A stretch of 63,037 nucleotides of DNA, filler included. It is 6 parts of 6 records of this genome, joined end to end, with 100 filler letters (N's around TTAATTAATTAA, not from the genome) between each part and the next. Parts side by side here need not be neighbours in the genome. Positions count along the whole stretch, not along the records: positions 1 to 19,086 come from SRR31156797_3985; 5 more parts are not named here. One strand, 5' to 3'. This document shows positions 1 to 10,294 of the stretch, one piece after another. Position 1 is the stretch's first letter. Each line of letters opens with the position of its first letter. Position numbers and translations under genes: made by a program. A model generated the notes under the pieces. It was not told the origin of the DNA, did not search any database, and worked only from the letters and a program-made list of their open reading frames with translations.

Positions 1-15
1 GGCATTTTATTGAAC

Positions 16-151
16 AGATGTCTCACTTCGTTCGACATGACTGTTGGTTTTCATTTTTAGTGGTAGGAAGGTGGGGGCGGCTTTGCTGCCCCCACCTTCC
101 TACCACTCAAGATTATGTACATTATGTCATGTCGAACGAAGTGAGACATCT
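16..151. repeat. Nested inverted-repeat element (REP/REPIN-like)
   Basis: Perfect 26-bp inverted repeat (16-41 AGATGTCTCACTTCGTTCGACATGAC; 126-151 is its reverse complement). It encloses a 23-bp stem with one G-U pair (59-81 / 85-107, loop TTT). Confidence 0.85.
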
Positions 152-297
152 ACAATTTGCGAACCTTTTACAACTACAATATTTTAAAACATAGCCTTTA
201 ATTCAATAATGAAGTAGTATTGTTTTTTATGCCTGTGAAAATTTCAGACATGATCATAAGGCCACCGTTTTCTTTTTCAAGCAGCCTTTTTACTTAA

Positions 298-305
298 TAT
301 ATTTG
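298..305 (+). promoter_or_regulatory. Bacteroidota sigma-70 -7 element
   Basis: TATATTTG matches the TAnnTTTG consensus, 70 bp upstream of the ATG at 376. Confidence 0.5.
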
Positions 306-375
306 GAGGTTGGGTTTAAGATGCCTAATATTGAAATCCTAAATCAGATACAAAAAACCAATAATCCTGAGTGAA

Positions 376-3300
376 ATGAAAAAAATGTACGCTTTTCTTC
401 GTTTGATGGCAGTTGCCATTTTATTCTTTTTCCCCACAGGTGCAAATTCACAATCCAATCCGGTTGCGGTGGATGATACGGCAACAGGATTACTACACCA
501 GGAAATCATCATCGATATCCTTGCAAATGATTATGACCCCCAGGGAGATTCGCTGTATTACAGCTATTTATCAAATCCTCAAAACGGCTATGCGTCCCCC
601 CAACTCTTCGGAAACATCAAATATGTTAATCATACAAGTTCAGGCCCTGACAGCCTCAGATACACGGTCCGCCGTTTGGATGACCCTGAATTTTATGCCA
701 CTGCATGGGTCTTTATAGATGTTTTACCTAACCAACTCCCCATAATTATTCAGGACACATTTCAAATCAGCGCGGGAGTAGAAATGGAAGTAAATGTATT
801 TGACTTTTCGTTTGATCCGGATCAGGATGAATACGTATTTACCAATATTCTTGAACCGGTCCATGGTAATGCATATAAAAATGGCGACAGTACTTTTAAA
901 GTTGAGTTTCCGTATAATCACCAGGGTGTTGACTCTGCGCAAATAATACTCAAGGAAATGACCTCCGGGGCCAGCGCTCGAGAATATGTGTATTTTGATG
1001 TGTATAAAAACCCTGAATTCCCTTCAGCCAACAATGATACGGTGATGGCCTGGTCCGGCGATACGGTAAGCATTCCGGTGTTGAACAATGACTTTGACCC
1101 ACAAGGTGATAACCTTGAAATTATGGAAACGAATTTTTGGATTTATGGTCATTATTATCATCAGTCCGATACTGAAATTACAATCGTCCCGAAACCCACT
1201 GCTGATACCGGCCTGGTAATGTATTTCGAATACTTTGCTATGGAACAAGAAAACTACCACCATGTATCGAATCCGGCATCCGGCTATTTACATGTACAGG
1301 AAAATCCAAACCTGCCTGTGGCCATCAACGACACGGTTACGGTTCAGGCAGGATTTCCGGCAGAGGTTTCTGTTCTGCTTAATGATACTGACCTGAATGG
1401 TGACGAATTAAAAATTAAGAGCGCCATCACACCACCTGAAGCACAAACCGTTTCGCACAATGATTCCATCCTTACAATTACTCCTTATAGTTACATCACC
1501 AATAGTTTTGTTGTGAGATACAGGATTGTGGAAAAGGAAAACCCGGCCCATTATTCGGGATTCGCAGAGGTACTGGTACAGGTTGAGGAAAACACAAACC
1601 AGCCTGTTGCCCAGGATGACTTTTTTACGATGACTGCACTGGAAACACTGACATTCAATCCACTGGAAAACGATTCCGATCCGGATGGACTTGCAATAAA
1701 AATTGCTGATGTAGAAGTAGATGGTTTCGGAGATGTTGGAATATCAGTTGAGTACGGTTCTGACAGCACCATCAGCCTGATATCTCATATGAATTATAGC
1801 GGTGATCTGGCTATTCCATACAGGTTCTGCAGGAGTGAAAATCCAGCAATGATATCCAATAAAGCTTTTTTGTTTGTTACCATTATTCCTGATGAATCAA
1901 GGTTCTATGCTGTGAATGATACGGTAACCGGATGGCCGGGGATTTCGGCTGTGGCAAACCTGGTAGATAATGATCATAATCCGGAAGGAGTTGATCTTGA
2001 GATTTCCCAAGTAAAAAATGTTCACGGTGTAGATATTCATGCTATTACTGGCTCTGGCATCGACTACACCATTGGTTTTGCAATGACCGATCCGGTCAGG
2101 ACCTGGTATTATCTTTCAAGCCCTGAGGATTCGGTTTTATCAGCTGCACAAATTTTTTTTGAACCCATGGCCGGCGTCTCGTTCATCGATTCGCTCGACA
2201 TTAACAATATAAAAGCCAGCTTTAGCAATGTCGGACTGCATTTTTACAATCCATACCTACAGGATAACAAATCAAAATTTGAAGTTCCGGCAGGTAGTGG
2301 AAAGCAAACCATACGCTCCAATAGCCTTTGGATTGGAGGATATGCTGAAGATGGGCTGCATGTTTCTGCCGACATATACAGGCTTCAAACCAAAAACTTC
2401 TGGCCCGGGCCTGTTTCTGATGCATATCAGGATGATGATGTGGCAAAATACAAGGTTTGGAAAATAAGTAAGGCTGAAATTGAATATCATATATCGCATT
2501 ACCAGGAACCGGGGTATGAACCCATCCGAAGTATAGCCACCTGGCCGGGCAACGGAAATCCCAACCTCGGTCAGGCGTTGCAACTCGCACCATTTTTCGA
2601 CCAGGATAATGATGGTATTTACAACCCTTATGCAGGCGATGTACCTGAGATTCGTGGTGACCAGTCGTTGTATTTTATTTTTAACGACATGATTGGTGCT
2701 TATGACTATGGAAATATTCCGCTAAATCTTGAAATTCATGGTAATGCATATGCGTTTGATCAACCTGATGACAGCGCAATAAACAACACGGTTTTCCTGC
2801 ATTATGATATTTATAACCGGTCAGATTTCACCTACACCGACACTTATATAGGATTGTTTACCAGCTTTGACCTTGGCGATCCAATAGACAATTATATTGG
2901 CTCAGATGTGCAAAGAGGCACAGGCTATGTTTACAATGCTGACCCGGTTGACGGGGATGGGGAGTCCGGCACTTATGGTGAAAATCCCCCGGTACAGGGT
3001 GTTACCATTCTGGGAGGTGTAAATCTTCCTGACGACCAGATTGACAACCCAACGGGTGGATGTGATGAGAGCATCAATGGGTTTGGTTTTGAAGATGGCA
3101 TTGTGGATAACGAACGCATGGGCATGACAAAGTTTGGGTATATTTACAAAATACCTGGTGCAAACTGTATTCCATACCCACAACTTCCACAAGAATACTA
3201 CAACCTTTTTCAAGGGAAATGGAAAGACAATACCTATTGGGTTTATGGTGGTAATGGGCATGTGAACGACTCGCAAGCCACAGGCCCCGAATGCAATTTT

Positions 3301-3891
3301 GTATTTCCTGATGATTCAGATCCATTGAACTGGGGCACCAACTGCGATTTCCCGAATGGTGGGTTTAATCAAAACGGGAATATCTGGACTGAGGAAACCC
3401 AGAATAACCTACCTTCCGAGCGTAAAGGAATCAATATCACCGGCCCCTTCACCTTTGCCCCCGGCGAGGTACAGTCGCTGGATGTGGCTTTTGTGTATGC
3501 CCGCGACAACGATACAACGGATTTAGTTTCGGCTATTGACATCATGAACCAACGCATCGACACCATTAGAAACAGGGTTGAAAATGGCGGGATTATATAT
3601 CTACCTGATTATGCTGTTGGAATTTCTGAAATCAATATAGAAAATATCGACATCCCCGTTTTCCCCAATCCAACCAATGGAAACAAATTAAATGTTGATC
3701 TCAGGCTTTTTTCCTCAGGCAAACAGGTATCTTTTAAGATCATTGATTTACTGGGAAAAACCCGCCGGGATGGTGTATTAACCTGTGGTACTGTCAGCCA
3801 CGTGGATGTTACCGGCCTCAGGCCGGGTGTTTATTTCCTGGTTATTGGACACCAGGGAAACCAGAGCACCCGGAAATTAATGATCAATTAG
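376..3891 (+). CDS. T9SS-secreted protein with tandem Ig/cadherin-like (Big_9-type) repeats and a large uncharacterised domain
   Basis: Signal peptide; about five repeats of PVAxxD...xxxNDxDPxGD; C-terminal T9SS type-A CTD (VFPNPT...GVYFL...RKLMIN). Confidence 0.85.
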   Translation: MKKMYAFLRLMAVAILFFFPTGANSQSNPVAVDDTATGLLHQEIIIDILANDYDPQGDSLYYSYLSNPQNGYASPQLFGNIKYVNHTSSGPDSLRYTVRRLDDPEFYATAWVFIDVLPNQLPIIIQDTFQISAGVEMEVNVFDFSFDPDQDEYVFTNILEPVHGNAYKNGDSTFKVEFPYNHQGVDSAQIILKEMTSGASAREYVYFDVYKNPEFPSANNDTVMAWSGDTVSIPVLNNDFDPQGDNLEIMETNFWIYGHYYHQSDTEITIVPKPTADTGLVMYFEYFAMEQENYHHVSNPASGYLHVQENPNLPVAINDTVTVQAGFPAEVSVLLNDTDLNGDELKIKSAITPPEAQTVSHNDSILTITPYSYITNSFVVRYRIVEKENPAHYSGFAEVLVQVEENTNQPVAQDDFFTMTALETLTFNPLENDSDPDGLAIKIADVEVDGFGDVGISVEYGSDSTISLISHMNYSGDLAIPYRFCRSENPAMISNKAFLFVTIIPDESRFYAVNDTVTGWPGISAVANLVDNDHNPEGVDLEISQVKNVHGVDIHAITGSGIDYTIGFAMTDPVRTWYYLSSPEDSVLSAAQIFFEPMAGVSFIDSLDINNIKASFSNVGLHFYNPYLQDNKSKFEVPAGSGKQTIRSNSLWIGGYAEDGLHVSADIYRLQTKNFWPGPVSDAYQDDDVAKYKVWKISKAEIEYHISHYQEPGYEPIRSIATWPGNGNPNLGQALQLAPFFDQDNDGIYNPYAGDVPEIRGDQSLYFIFNDMIGAYDYGNIPLNLEIHGNAYAFDQPDDSAINNTVFLHYDIYNRSDFTYTDTYIGLFTSFDLGDPIDNYIGSDVQRGTGYVYNADPVDGDGESGTYGENPPVQGVTILGGVNLPDDQIDNPTGGCDESINGFGFEDGIVDNERMGMTKFGYIYKIPGANCIPYPQLPQEYYNLFQGKWKDNTYWVYGGNGHVNDSQATGPECNFVFPDDSDPLNWGTNCDFPNGGFNQNGNIWTEETQNNLPSERKGINITGPFTFAPGEVQSLDVAFVYARDNDTTDLVSAIDIMNQRIDTIRNRVENGGIIYLPDYAVGISEINIENIDIPVFPNPTNGNKLNVDLRLFSSGKQVSFKIIDLLGKTRRDGVLTCGTVSHVDVTGLRPGVYFLVIGHQGNQSTRKLMIN

Positions 3892-3932
3892 CAAATCCTG
3901 CTCCCCAATCAATAATTTGTCACTTTTGCAAC

Positions 3933-3964
3933 TTTCCCAAACGATTTTAAAATCATTTGGGAAA
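3933..3964. repeat. Near-perfect 32-bp palindrome (terminator or operator candidate)
   Basis: TTTCCCAAACGATTTT|AAAATCATTTGGGAAA with one mismatch, about 40 bp after the upstream stop codon. Confidence 0.6.
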
Positions 3965-4202
3965 TATTTGCTGTGTAAACATTTTATCAATGTTCACAAA
4001 AAGTCTAACCTGAAAAAAACATGTGGATTTTTCACATGATTGGTCGACGATTGAAAATCTTAGAGGTGACTATTCTTTTAATAAAATGCATTGCTCATTT
4101 TCAATTATTTCATCAGTTCCTTCAGGTGCCTAATTCAAATTTATGAAGGAAGCAGGCGAAAAGATTTTTCTTCATTTTTCCAAAAAATTAAAACTTCTTT
4201 TT

Positions 4203-4210
4203 TACATTTG
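4203..4210 (+). promoter_or_regulatory. Bacteroidota -7 promoter element for the lacI-susCD operon
   Basis: TACATTTG (TAnnTTTG). Confidence 0.55.
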
Positions 4211-4276
4211 TAGAATAAGCAAGTGAGCGTTTTACAAAGCACTGTTTTACAACTATTTAAATTCAACAAACTAAAC

Positions 4277-4290
4277 CTAAACCGATTTAG
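4277..4290. promoter_or_regulatory. LacI-family operator (autoregulation)
   Basis: Palindrome CTAAACCGATTTAG with a central CG, typical of LacI/GalR operators, 14 bp before the LacI start. Confidence 0.7.
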
Positions 4291-4304
4291 TTAAAAATGA
4301 GCAT

Positions 4305-5336
4305 ATGAAAAGGGCTTCAATCGCTGATATCGCACGTAGCCTCAAAGTTTCCAAAACACTGGTTTCGTTGGTTTTAAATGGCCACGGAGATAACAAGGGC
4401 ATCAATAAAGAAACCCAGAAAAAGGTCATTAGCAAGGCCGGAGAGCTCAACTACAAACCCAACCTTGTTGCACGTGGGCTTCGCCTGGGCGTGTCAAAAA
4501 CCATTGGTGTAATTGTAGCCGACATATCCAATAAATTCTATTCAAAAATAGCCAAACGCATCGAAGATGTTGCCGGGCAGCACGGATACCATATCATTTT
4601 TTGCAGCTCCGATGAAAACCCCGTTAAGGAAGTTGAACTTATCAACACCCTGCGTGAAAGGCAGGTGGACGGCCTTATCATATCTACCTGTCAAAACCGG
4701 AACAGTTCATTTAAAATGCTGAAAAATGAACAGTTCCCGTTTGTGCTTATCGACAGGCACATCCCCAGGATCAATGCGCACTATGTGGGTGTGAACAACA
4801 GGCAGGGTGGCGTTGATGTTACCACACACCTGCTGAACAATGGTTTTGATAAAATAGGATTTATCGGAATCCTGCCGGCACACCTCAGGACGATCAGGGA
4901 CAGGGAAACCGGCTACCGGGAGGCATTAAAAACACACGGGATCAGGGCCAGGTCAAATTACATCCGGTATCTAAAATTTGATTTTTCGCAGGATGACGTG
5001 ATACAATTGTTGAAAGCATTGCTTTCCGGACCACAACCGGTTAACGCCATTTTCTGCTCAAACAACAGGATCGCCATTGCCTGCCTGGATGGCCTCAGCA
5101 AAATGAAAGTGAAAATACCGCACGATATTGCCCTGGTAAGTTTTGATGACATCGACCTTTTCAGGCATAGCAGCCCGGCCATAACTTCTGTTGCACAACC
5201 GGTTGAAGATATCGGCGAAAAGGCATTTAATATCCTGCTGGGCGCCATTACAAACGGCGCAAACGGGGCCTGGCAGCAGGAAGTACTACCGGTAACATTA
5301 ATGAAAAGGCAATCCTGCGGCGAAAACATGAATTAA
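4305..5336 (+). CDS. LacI-family transcriptional regulator
   Basis: N-terminal HTH (SIADIARSLKVSKTLVSLVLNG), hinge YKPNLVARGL, periplasmic-binding-protein-like sugar domain. Confidence 0.95.
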   Translation: MKRASIADIARSLKVSKTLVSLVLNGHGDNKGINKETQKKVISKAGELNYKPNLVARGLRLGVSKTIGVIVADISNKFYSKIAKRIEDVAGQHGYHIIFCSSDENPVKEVELINTLRERQVDGLIISTCQNRNSSFKMLKNEQFPFVLIDRHIPRINAHYVGVNNRQGGVDVTTHLLNNGFDKIGFIGILPAHLRTIRDRETGYREALKTHGIRARSNYIRYLKFDFSQDDVIQLLKALLSGPQPVNAIFCSNNRIAIACLDGLSKMKVKIPHDIALVSFDDIDLFRHSSPAITSVAQPVEDIGEKAFNILLGAITNGANGAWQQEVLPVTLMKRQSCGENMN

Positions 5337-5365
5337 ATATTATCGATATACAAACCATTTATCCT

Positions 5366-8300
5366 ATGAAGAAACCACTACTCATTATTCTATTCCTTGC
5401 TTACTCCACTTTGGGCCTTTTGGCTCAGGGTGTAACGGTAACCGGAACGGTTTCATCTTCCGAAGACGGACTGGGCATTCCGGGCGTTTCGGTTTACATC
5501 AAGAACACCCTGAAGGGAACCACAACAAATGTTGAAGGAATCTACAGCATTGATGGCGTGCAGACCAGCGACACACTTGTATTTCAATTCATCGGGTACA
5601 TACAGATTCAGGAAGCCGTTGGTGTGCGAACAAATATTGATGCCATTTTAATTCCGCAAGCGCAAAAACTCGAAGGTGTTGTTATTACCGCCCTGGGTAT
5701 AAAGCGCGAAAAACGGGAGATCGGATATACAACCCAAAGTTTCGAAGGTGAGGCGATCAAGAAATCTGATGCACCAAACGTTGCTGCAGCACTCAGCGGA
5801 AGATCGGCAGGGGTGCAGGTATCACAACCCGATGGCATCGAAGGCGGGACAACCCGGATTGTGATCAGGGGAAACAACAACCTGGGCTCCGACAATCAAC
5901 CATTGATCGTAGTGGACGGAATACCGATAGAAAACAGTCCGGGACTTACCGATATCGGGCGTGGGCAGGACTGGGGCTCAGCATTGAACAATATCAACCA
6001 GGCCGATATTGAGGATATCAGTATCCTGAAAGGCCCGACAGCATCAGCACTGTACGGATCGAAAGGTGCAAATGGTGTTGTTTTGATAACCACCAAACGA
6101 GGTAAAAAACAAGATGGGCTGGGGATTACCTACAATTTCAACTATAAAATCATCCATCCTTACCGCTATCGTAAAGTACAAAACAAATATGGCGCCGGAG
6201 GCCCGGTTTCCCTCACCCCTCCATCCTTTATAGAAGATAGTTCCGGTACCTATATTTATCCCACTTCAGTTCACAGCGATAATGGCCCACACGGAATTCC
6301 TACTTCAACACAGTTTGGTTATTACGGAACAGCAGCCTCATGGGGCCCTGAAATGAATGGCCAGATGGTGAGATGGTGGGACGGAAAAATGCGGGCCTGG
6401 TCGCCTCAACCCGACAATATTAAAGCCTATTTTGAAGACGGAGTTACCGCAACACACAATATCTCTTTCTCCGGGGGCAGCGACATGGGAACCATCAGGG
6501 TTTCATTAACACGTACCGACCACTCGCCAATCATTCCCAACAGCAACTACGACCAAACAACCGTAAACATGGGTTCCAATATCAATGTTTCGGAAAAAGT
6601 AAAAGCCGATATCGCCGTATCATACATTAACTATAACAGGTTGAACAGTCCTAACATCGGCGAATCATACAGTTCGTTCAGCAAAGCTTCGCTGTACTGC
6701 TGGCCGAGAAGCTGGCAGGGTTTGGAAACCGACAACTTCACCAACCCTGATGGTACCCGCAACGAATGGGGCGGTAACTATCCGTTTCAATACATTTCGC
6801 CTTATACCTGGTGGGAGTTTTACAATAACAACACAACCCTTTCCAGGGATAAAATTATCGGGTCGTTTGGCCTGAGCTGGGAAATAACACCCTGGCTGAT
6901 TGCAAAAGGACGACTGGGGATTGATTTTACAAGCGACCATAAAGAAACCCGAAACAACCCAACAGACCTGAGTGGCTTATTGAACGGTTTCTATGAAAGC
7001 CAGCTTTCGAGGATGAATGTGAACAACAACGACTTTTTAATTACAGCCCATAAGGAAGGGTTACTGTCTTCAAAACTCAACGCAAAACTTTCGGTTGGCG
7101 GCAACCACTACCAACGTAGATATTACCTGACGCAGGCCAAATCAGGGACATGGATCGATCCATGGCTATTCAACTCATCAAATTTTGAAGATCCGGAACA
7201 AATTATTTATGGCATCAACAATACCAGGGAGGTATGGAACAACAAGAACATCAACTCGCTGTATTCGTTCCTGAACCTGGGGTGGGACAATTATCTTTTC
7301 CTGGAGTTAACCGGTAGAAACGACTGGTCTTCAACGCTTCCTTCCAACGACAACTCCTACTTCTACCCTTCCCTCTCCATGAGCTTTCTGCCCACCGAGG
7401 CACTCAACATTCAAAATTCAGTACTAAACTTCTGGAAGCTTAAAGGCTCCCTCGCAACCGCTGCTACCGACACCAAACCCTACCAGCTGGATTATATTTA
7501 CTATTCCGGGCTTTTCGGCAACAGCCAGACTTCCTCACTCAACCCTGTGATCCCACCGCTGGAACTGGCCCCGCAAAGGTCCAAATCCTTTGAGGTAGGA
7601 ACAACACTTGGGATGTTCGACGAACGTTTAAATATCGATTTCACCTATTACCATATCCTTTCCGACAACCAAATTCTTGAGCTTCCCGTGCCGGCTTCGT
7701 CGGGTGCATCAAGAATTATCATCAACAATGGTGAACTGGAAAATAAGGGATACGAGCTGATTCTTGATTACGTAATCCTCAACTCCCCTGACCTGGTTCT
7801 GAAGACAGGACTCAACTTCAGCCGGAACAGAAACTACGTGATTAGCCTGGGTGGCAACACCGGATTACTCGAACTGGGTGACATCTGGGGGCTTAATGGC
7901 CCTGCCATTGCATTGAGAGAAGGAGACGAATACGGTACGATTGTCGGTTATGATTATGTGTATCATGAAAACGGCCAGCCCATCATCAGCGATGACGGCA
8001 GAACCTATAAAATCACCGAAAGCAGAGTACCTATCGGGAATGCATCGCCAAAGTTTCTGGGCGGCTGGACACTCCAGCTCATGTGGAAGGGCTTTTCCCT
8101 GTCAACACTTATCGACACAAAATGGGGTGGAGATATTTATTGCGGAACACAGGTAATAGCCCTCCAAACCGGCCAGGCCCCCGAAACATTGCTCGAGCGC
8201 GATGGTGGCGGACTGCCATACACCGATCCTGATGGCATTACACGAAATGTTGGTGTAATCCTTCCCGGTGTTTACGAAGACGGCACGCCTAACGATAAAG

Positions 8301-8626
8301 TGGTCCACTACTATTATAAATATATGCCCAATGCCGGTGGTTGGGGTAAATTTATTTCCAAGCCAGGTATTTACGAAAACACCTATGTTAAAATGAGGGA
8401 GATTATGCTGAGTTACACTTTCCCGGCATCTTTCATACAAAAAACCAATGTCTTCCAAAGCCTAACCCTCAATGTTGTTGGACGGAACCTGTTTTACTTT
8501 TATACCACACTCCCCAACAATGTGAATCCTGAAGGGCTTATTGGTTCAGGAAATGCCCAGGGACTGGAATGGGCATCATACCCGGGGACAAGATCCATAT
8601 CCTTTGGCCTGACTGCTTCATTTTAA
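5366..8626 (+). CDS. SusC/RagA TonB-dependent transporter
   Basis: CarboxypepD-like N-terminus, plug motif ILKGPTASALYGSKGANGVVLITTK, RNDWSSTLP motif, C-terminal Phe. Confidence 0.96.
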   Translation: MKKPLLIILFLAYSTLGLLAQGVTVTGTVSSSEDGLGIPGVSVYIKNTLKGTTTNVEGIYSIDGVQTSDTLVFQFIGYIQIQEAVGVRTNIDAILIPQAQKLEGVVITALGIKREKREIGYTTQSFEGEAIKKSDAPNVAAALSGRSAGVQVSQPDGIEGGTTRIVIRGNNNLGSDNQPLIVVDGIPIENSPGLTDIGRGQDWGSALNNINQADIEDISILKGPTASALYGSKGANGVVLITTKRGKKQDGLGITYNFNYKIIHPYRYRKVQNKYGAGGPVSLTPPSFIEDSSGTYIYPTSVHSDNGPHGIPTSTQFGYYGTAASWGPEMNGQMVRWWDGKMRAWSPQPDNIKAYFEDGVTATHNISFSGGSDMGTIRVSLTRTDHSPIIPNSNYDQTTVNMGSNINVSEKVKADIAVSYINYNRLNSPNIGESYSSFSKASLYCWPRSWQGLETDNFTNPDGTRNEWGGNYPFQYISPYTWWEFYNNNTTLSRDKIIGSFGLSWEITPWLIAKGRLGIDFTSDHKETRNNPTDLSGLLNGFYESQLSRMNVNNNDFLITAHKEGLLSSKLNAKLSVGGNHYQRRYYLTQAKSGTWIDPWLFNSSNFEDPEQIIYGINNTREVWNNKNINSLYSFLNLGWDNYLFLELTGRNDWSSTLPSNDNSYFYPSLSMSFLPTEALNIQNSVLNFWKLKGSLATAATDTKPYQLDYIYYSGLFGNSQTSSLNPVIPPLELAPQRSKSFEVGTTLGMFDERLNIDFTYYHILSDNQILELPVPASSGASRIIINNGELENKGYELILDYVILNSPDLVLKTGLNFSRNRNYVISLGGNTGLLELGDIWGLNGPAIALREGDEYGTIVGYDYVYHENGQPIISDDGRTYKITESRVPIGNASPKFLGGWTLQLMWKGFSLSTLIDTKWGGDIYCGTQVIALQTGQAPETLLERDGGGLPYTDPDGITRNVGVILPGVYEDGTPNDKVVHYYYKYMPNAGGWGKFISKPGIYENTYVKMREIMLSYTFPASFIQKTNVFQSLTLNVVGRNLFYFYTTLPNNVNPEGLIGSGNAQGLEWASYPGTRSISFGLTASF

Positions 8627-8650
8627 AAACGTTTTAATAACTAAACCACA

Positions 8651-10237
8651 ATGAAAAATACATTCATATATACCACCATCATTTGCAGCCTGCTATTTTT
8701 CGCATCCTGCGAAAAAGATTTTGATGACCTGAACAAAAACCCGTATGCCACCACCATTACCAGTGTGGGCCCGTTGTTCAACAATGTGGTAAGCTCCCTG
8801 CAGCTGGGTTGGGATGAGCAGTTTTATGTCCACAACGAGGTTCTTTATAAACAAACCCAACTGGCGGCACTCACAAGTGAAGCCTGGTCGAACCTGAGTA
8901 TCGGCACCGAAAATATTTGGTCAGGATATTACACAGCACTGGCCCACATCCGCGATATCGAAAACAGGCTTGAAGACATGGAAAATCCGGACAGGCCAGA
9001 TTCACTGAACAATGTTAAAGGCATGGTAAAAATACTGCTGGCCTACAAAACTTTCAGGGTTACCGATCTGTTTGGCGACATACCATTTTTTAATGCAGGG
9101 AAAGGCTATCAGGGCCTGGAGAACCTTCATCCGGAATATGACAGCCAGGAAGAAATTTACAAATTCCTGCTGGACGAATTAAAATGGGCCGCTGAAAATA
9201 TGAGTACGGAACCGGTTACACCATCAGGCGGAACTTATTACAGCATCGCGGAAAGCGATCATCTTTTTAATGGAAACCTCCAGATGTGGATAAAATTCGC
9301 CAACTCATTACGGTTGCGCCAGGCCATGCGAATGGTTGAAAAAGAACCGGAACTGGCAGCCCAAATCATTACCGAAATTTTTGAAAACGACCTGCCGGTA
9401 ATCGAACCCGGAGAAGACGTGGTTTTAATGCCGGCTGACCTGAGTTGGCTAAAACAAAGTACACACTGGTCGTTTAGCGAACACAAAAACCTGAGGATGG
9501 GGTCCAACATCTGGAACCAGATGGCCGACAATGACAGCACCAACGGAACCGGGTTTTACGATCCGCGTGCATTCATTTTTTTCGAAACCAACAATGCAGG
9601 CCAATGGGTAGCTTATCCACAAATCCCGGATGCCAACACACCTCCTTCAGGGGGAATACCTTACCAAAAACACCGGGATCTTAATTATACCATCAAGGGA
9701 AGCGACTGTATTTATTCCCCTTTTAACTACTATCTTACCCGGGATGAAAACACAATCCCGGAGATACTTCTAACCGGAAGTGAATATTATTTTATCAAGG
9801 CCGAAGCCTATTTCAGGGGTATTGGTTTACCTGTAGATCCTGACGAAGGATCGGCAGCATATTTTGATGGTGTTATCGCCTCGATGAATTTTTGGGATAA
9901 CCTGAAAAACACTTCCGGCATTTGGCTATACACCGATCCGAATTACGAGGCCACAAACCCTTACGATGCGGCCAATAAAATATTCTTTCTGGAAGATGAT
10001 GAAGAGAAACTCGATTTGGTTTATGCCCAGCGCTGGATTGATGCTTTCAGGCAACCCTGGGAAGCATTTTGCCTGACGAGACGCACCAACAGGACACCAA
10101 GGGAGGGCGGCCCCATGAACTATTTCAGGCTTACTTACCCGCCTTCAGAATCCGAAAACAACGCCGAAAAATACAGCGAACAAACCGCAATAATGGGAGG
10201 AGACTTTTCCACAACCAGGGTTTGGTTGATGCCGTAA
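8651..10237 (+). CDS. SusD/RagB-family lipoprotein
   Basis: Lipobox FFASC; motifs TDLFGDIPF, PEYDSQEEIY, WIKFANSLRLR, QRW...EAF, RLTYP; directly downstream of susC. Confidence 0.95.
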   Translation: MKNTFIYTTIICSLLFFASCEKDFDDLNKNPYATTITSVGPLFNNVVSSLQLGWDEQFYVHNEVLYKQTQLAALTSEAWSNLSIGTENIWSGYYTALAHIRDIENRLEDMENPDRPDSLNNVKGMVKILLAYKTFRVTDLFGDIPFFNAGKGYQGLENLHPEYDSQEEIYKFLLDELKWAAENMSTEPVTPSGGTYYSIAESDHLFNGNLQMWIKFANSLRLRQAMRMVEKEPELAAQIITEIFENDLPVIEPGEDVVLMPADLSWLKQSTHWSFSEHKNLRMGSNIWNQMADNDSTNGTGFYDPRAFIFFETNNAGQWVAYPQIPDANTPPSGGIPYQKHRDLNYTIKGSDCIYSPFNYYLTRDENTIPEILLTGSEYYFIKAEAYFRGIGLPVDPDEGSAAYFDGVIASMNFWDNLKNTSGIWLYTDPNYEATNPYDAANKIFFLEDDEEKLDLVYAQRWIDAFRQPWEAFCLTRRTNRTPREGGPMNYFRLTYPPSESENNAEKYSEQTAIMGGDFSTTRVWLMP

Positions 10238-10294
10238 TAAAACCATATGCTTCAAACATAACCTGAATGATAAATACCATAAAATAAATCACCA

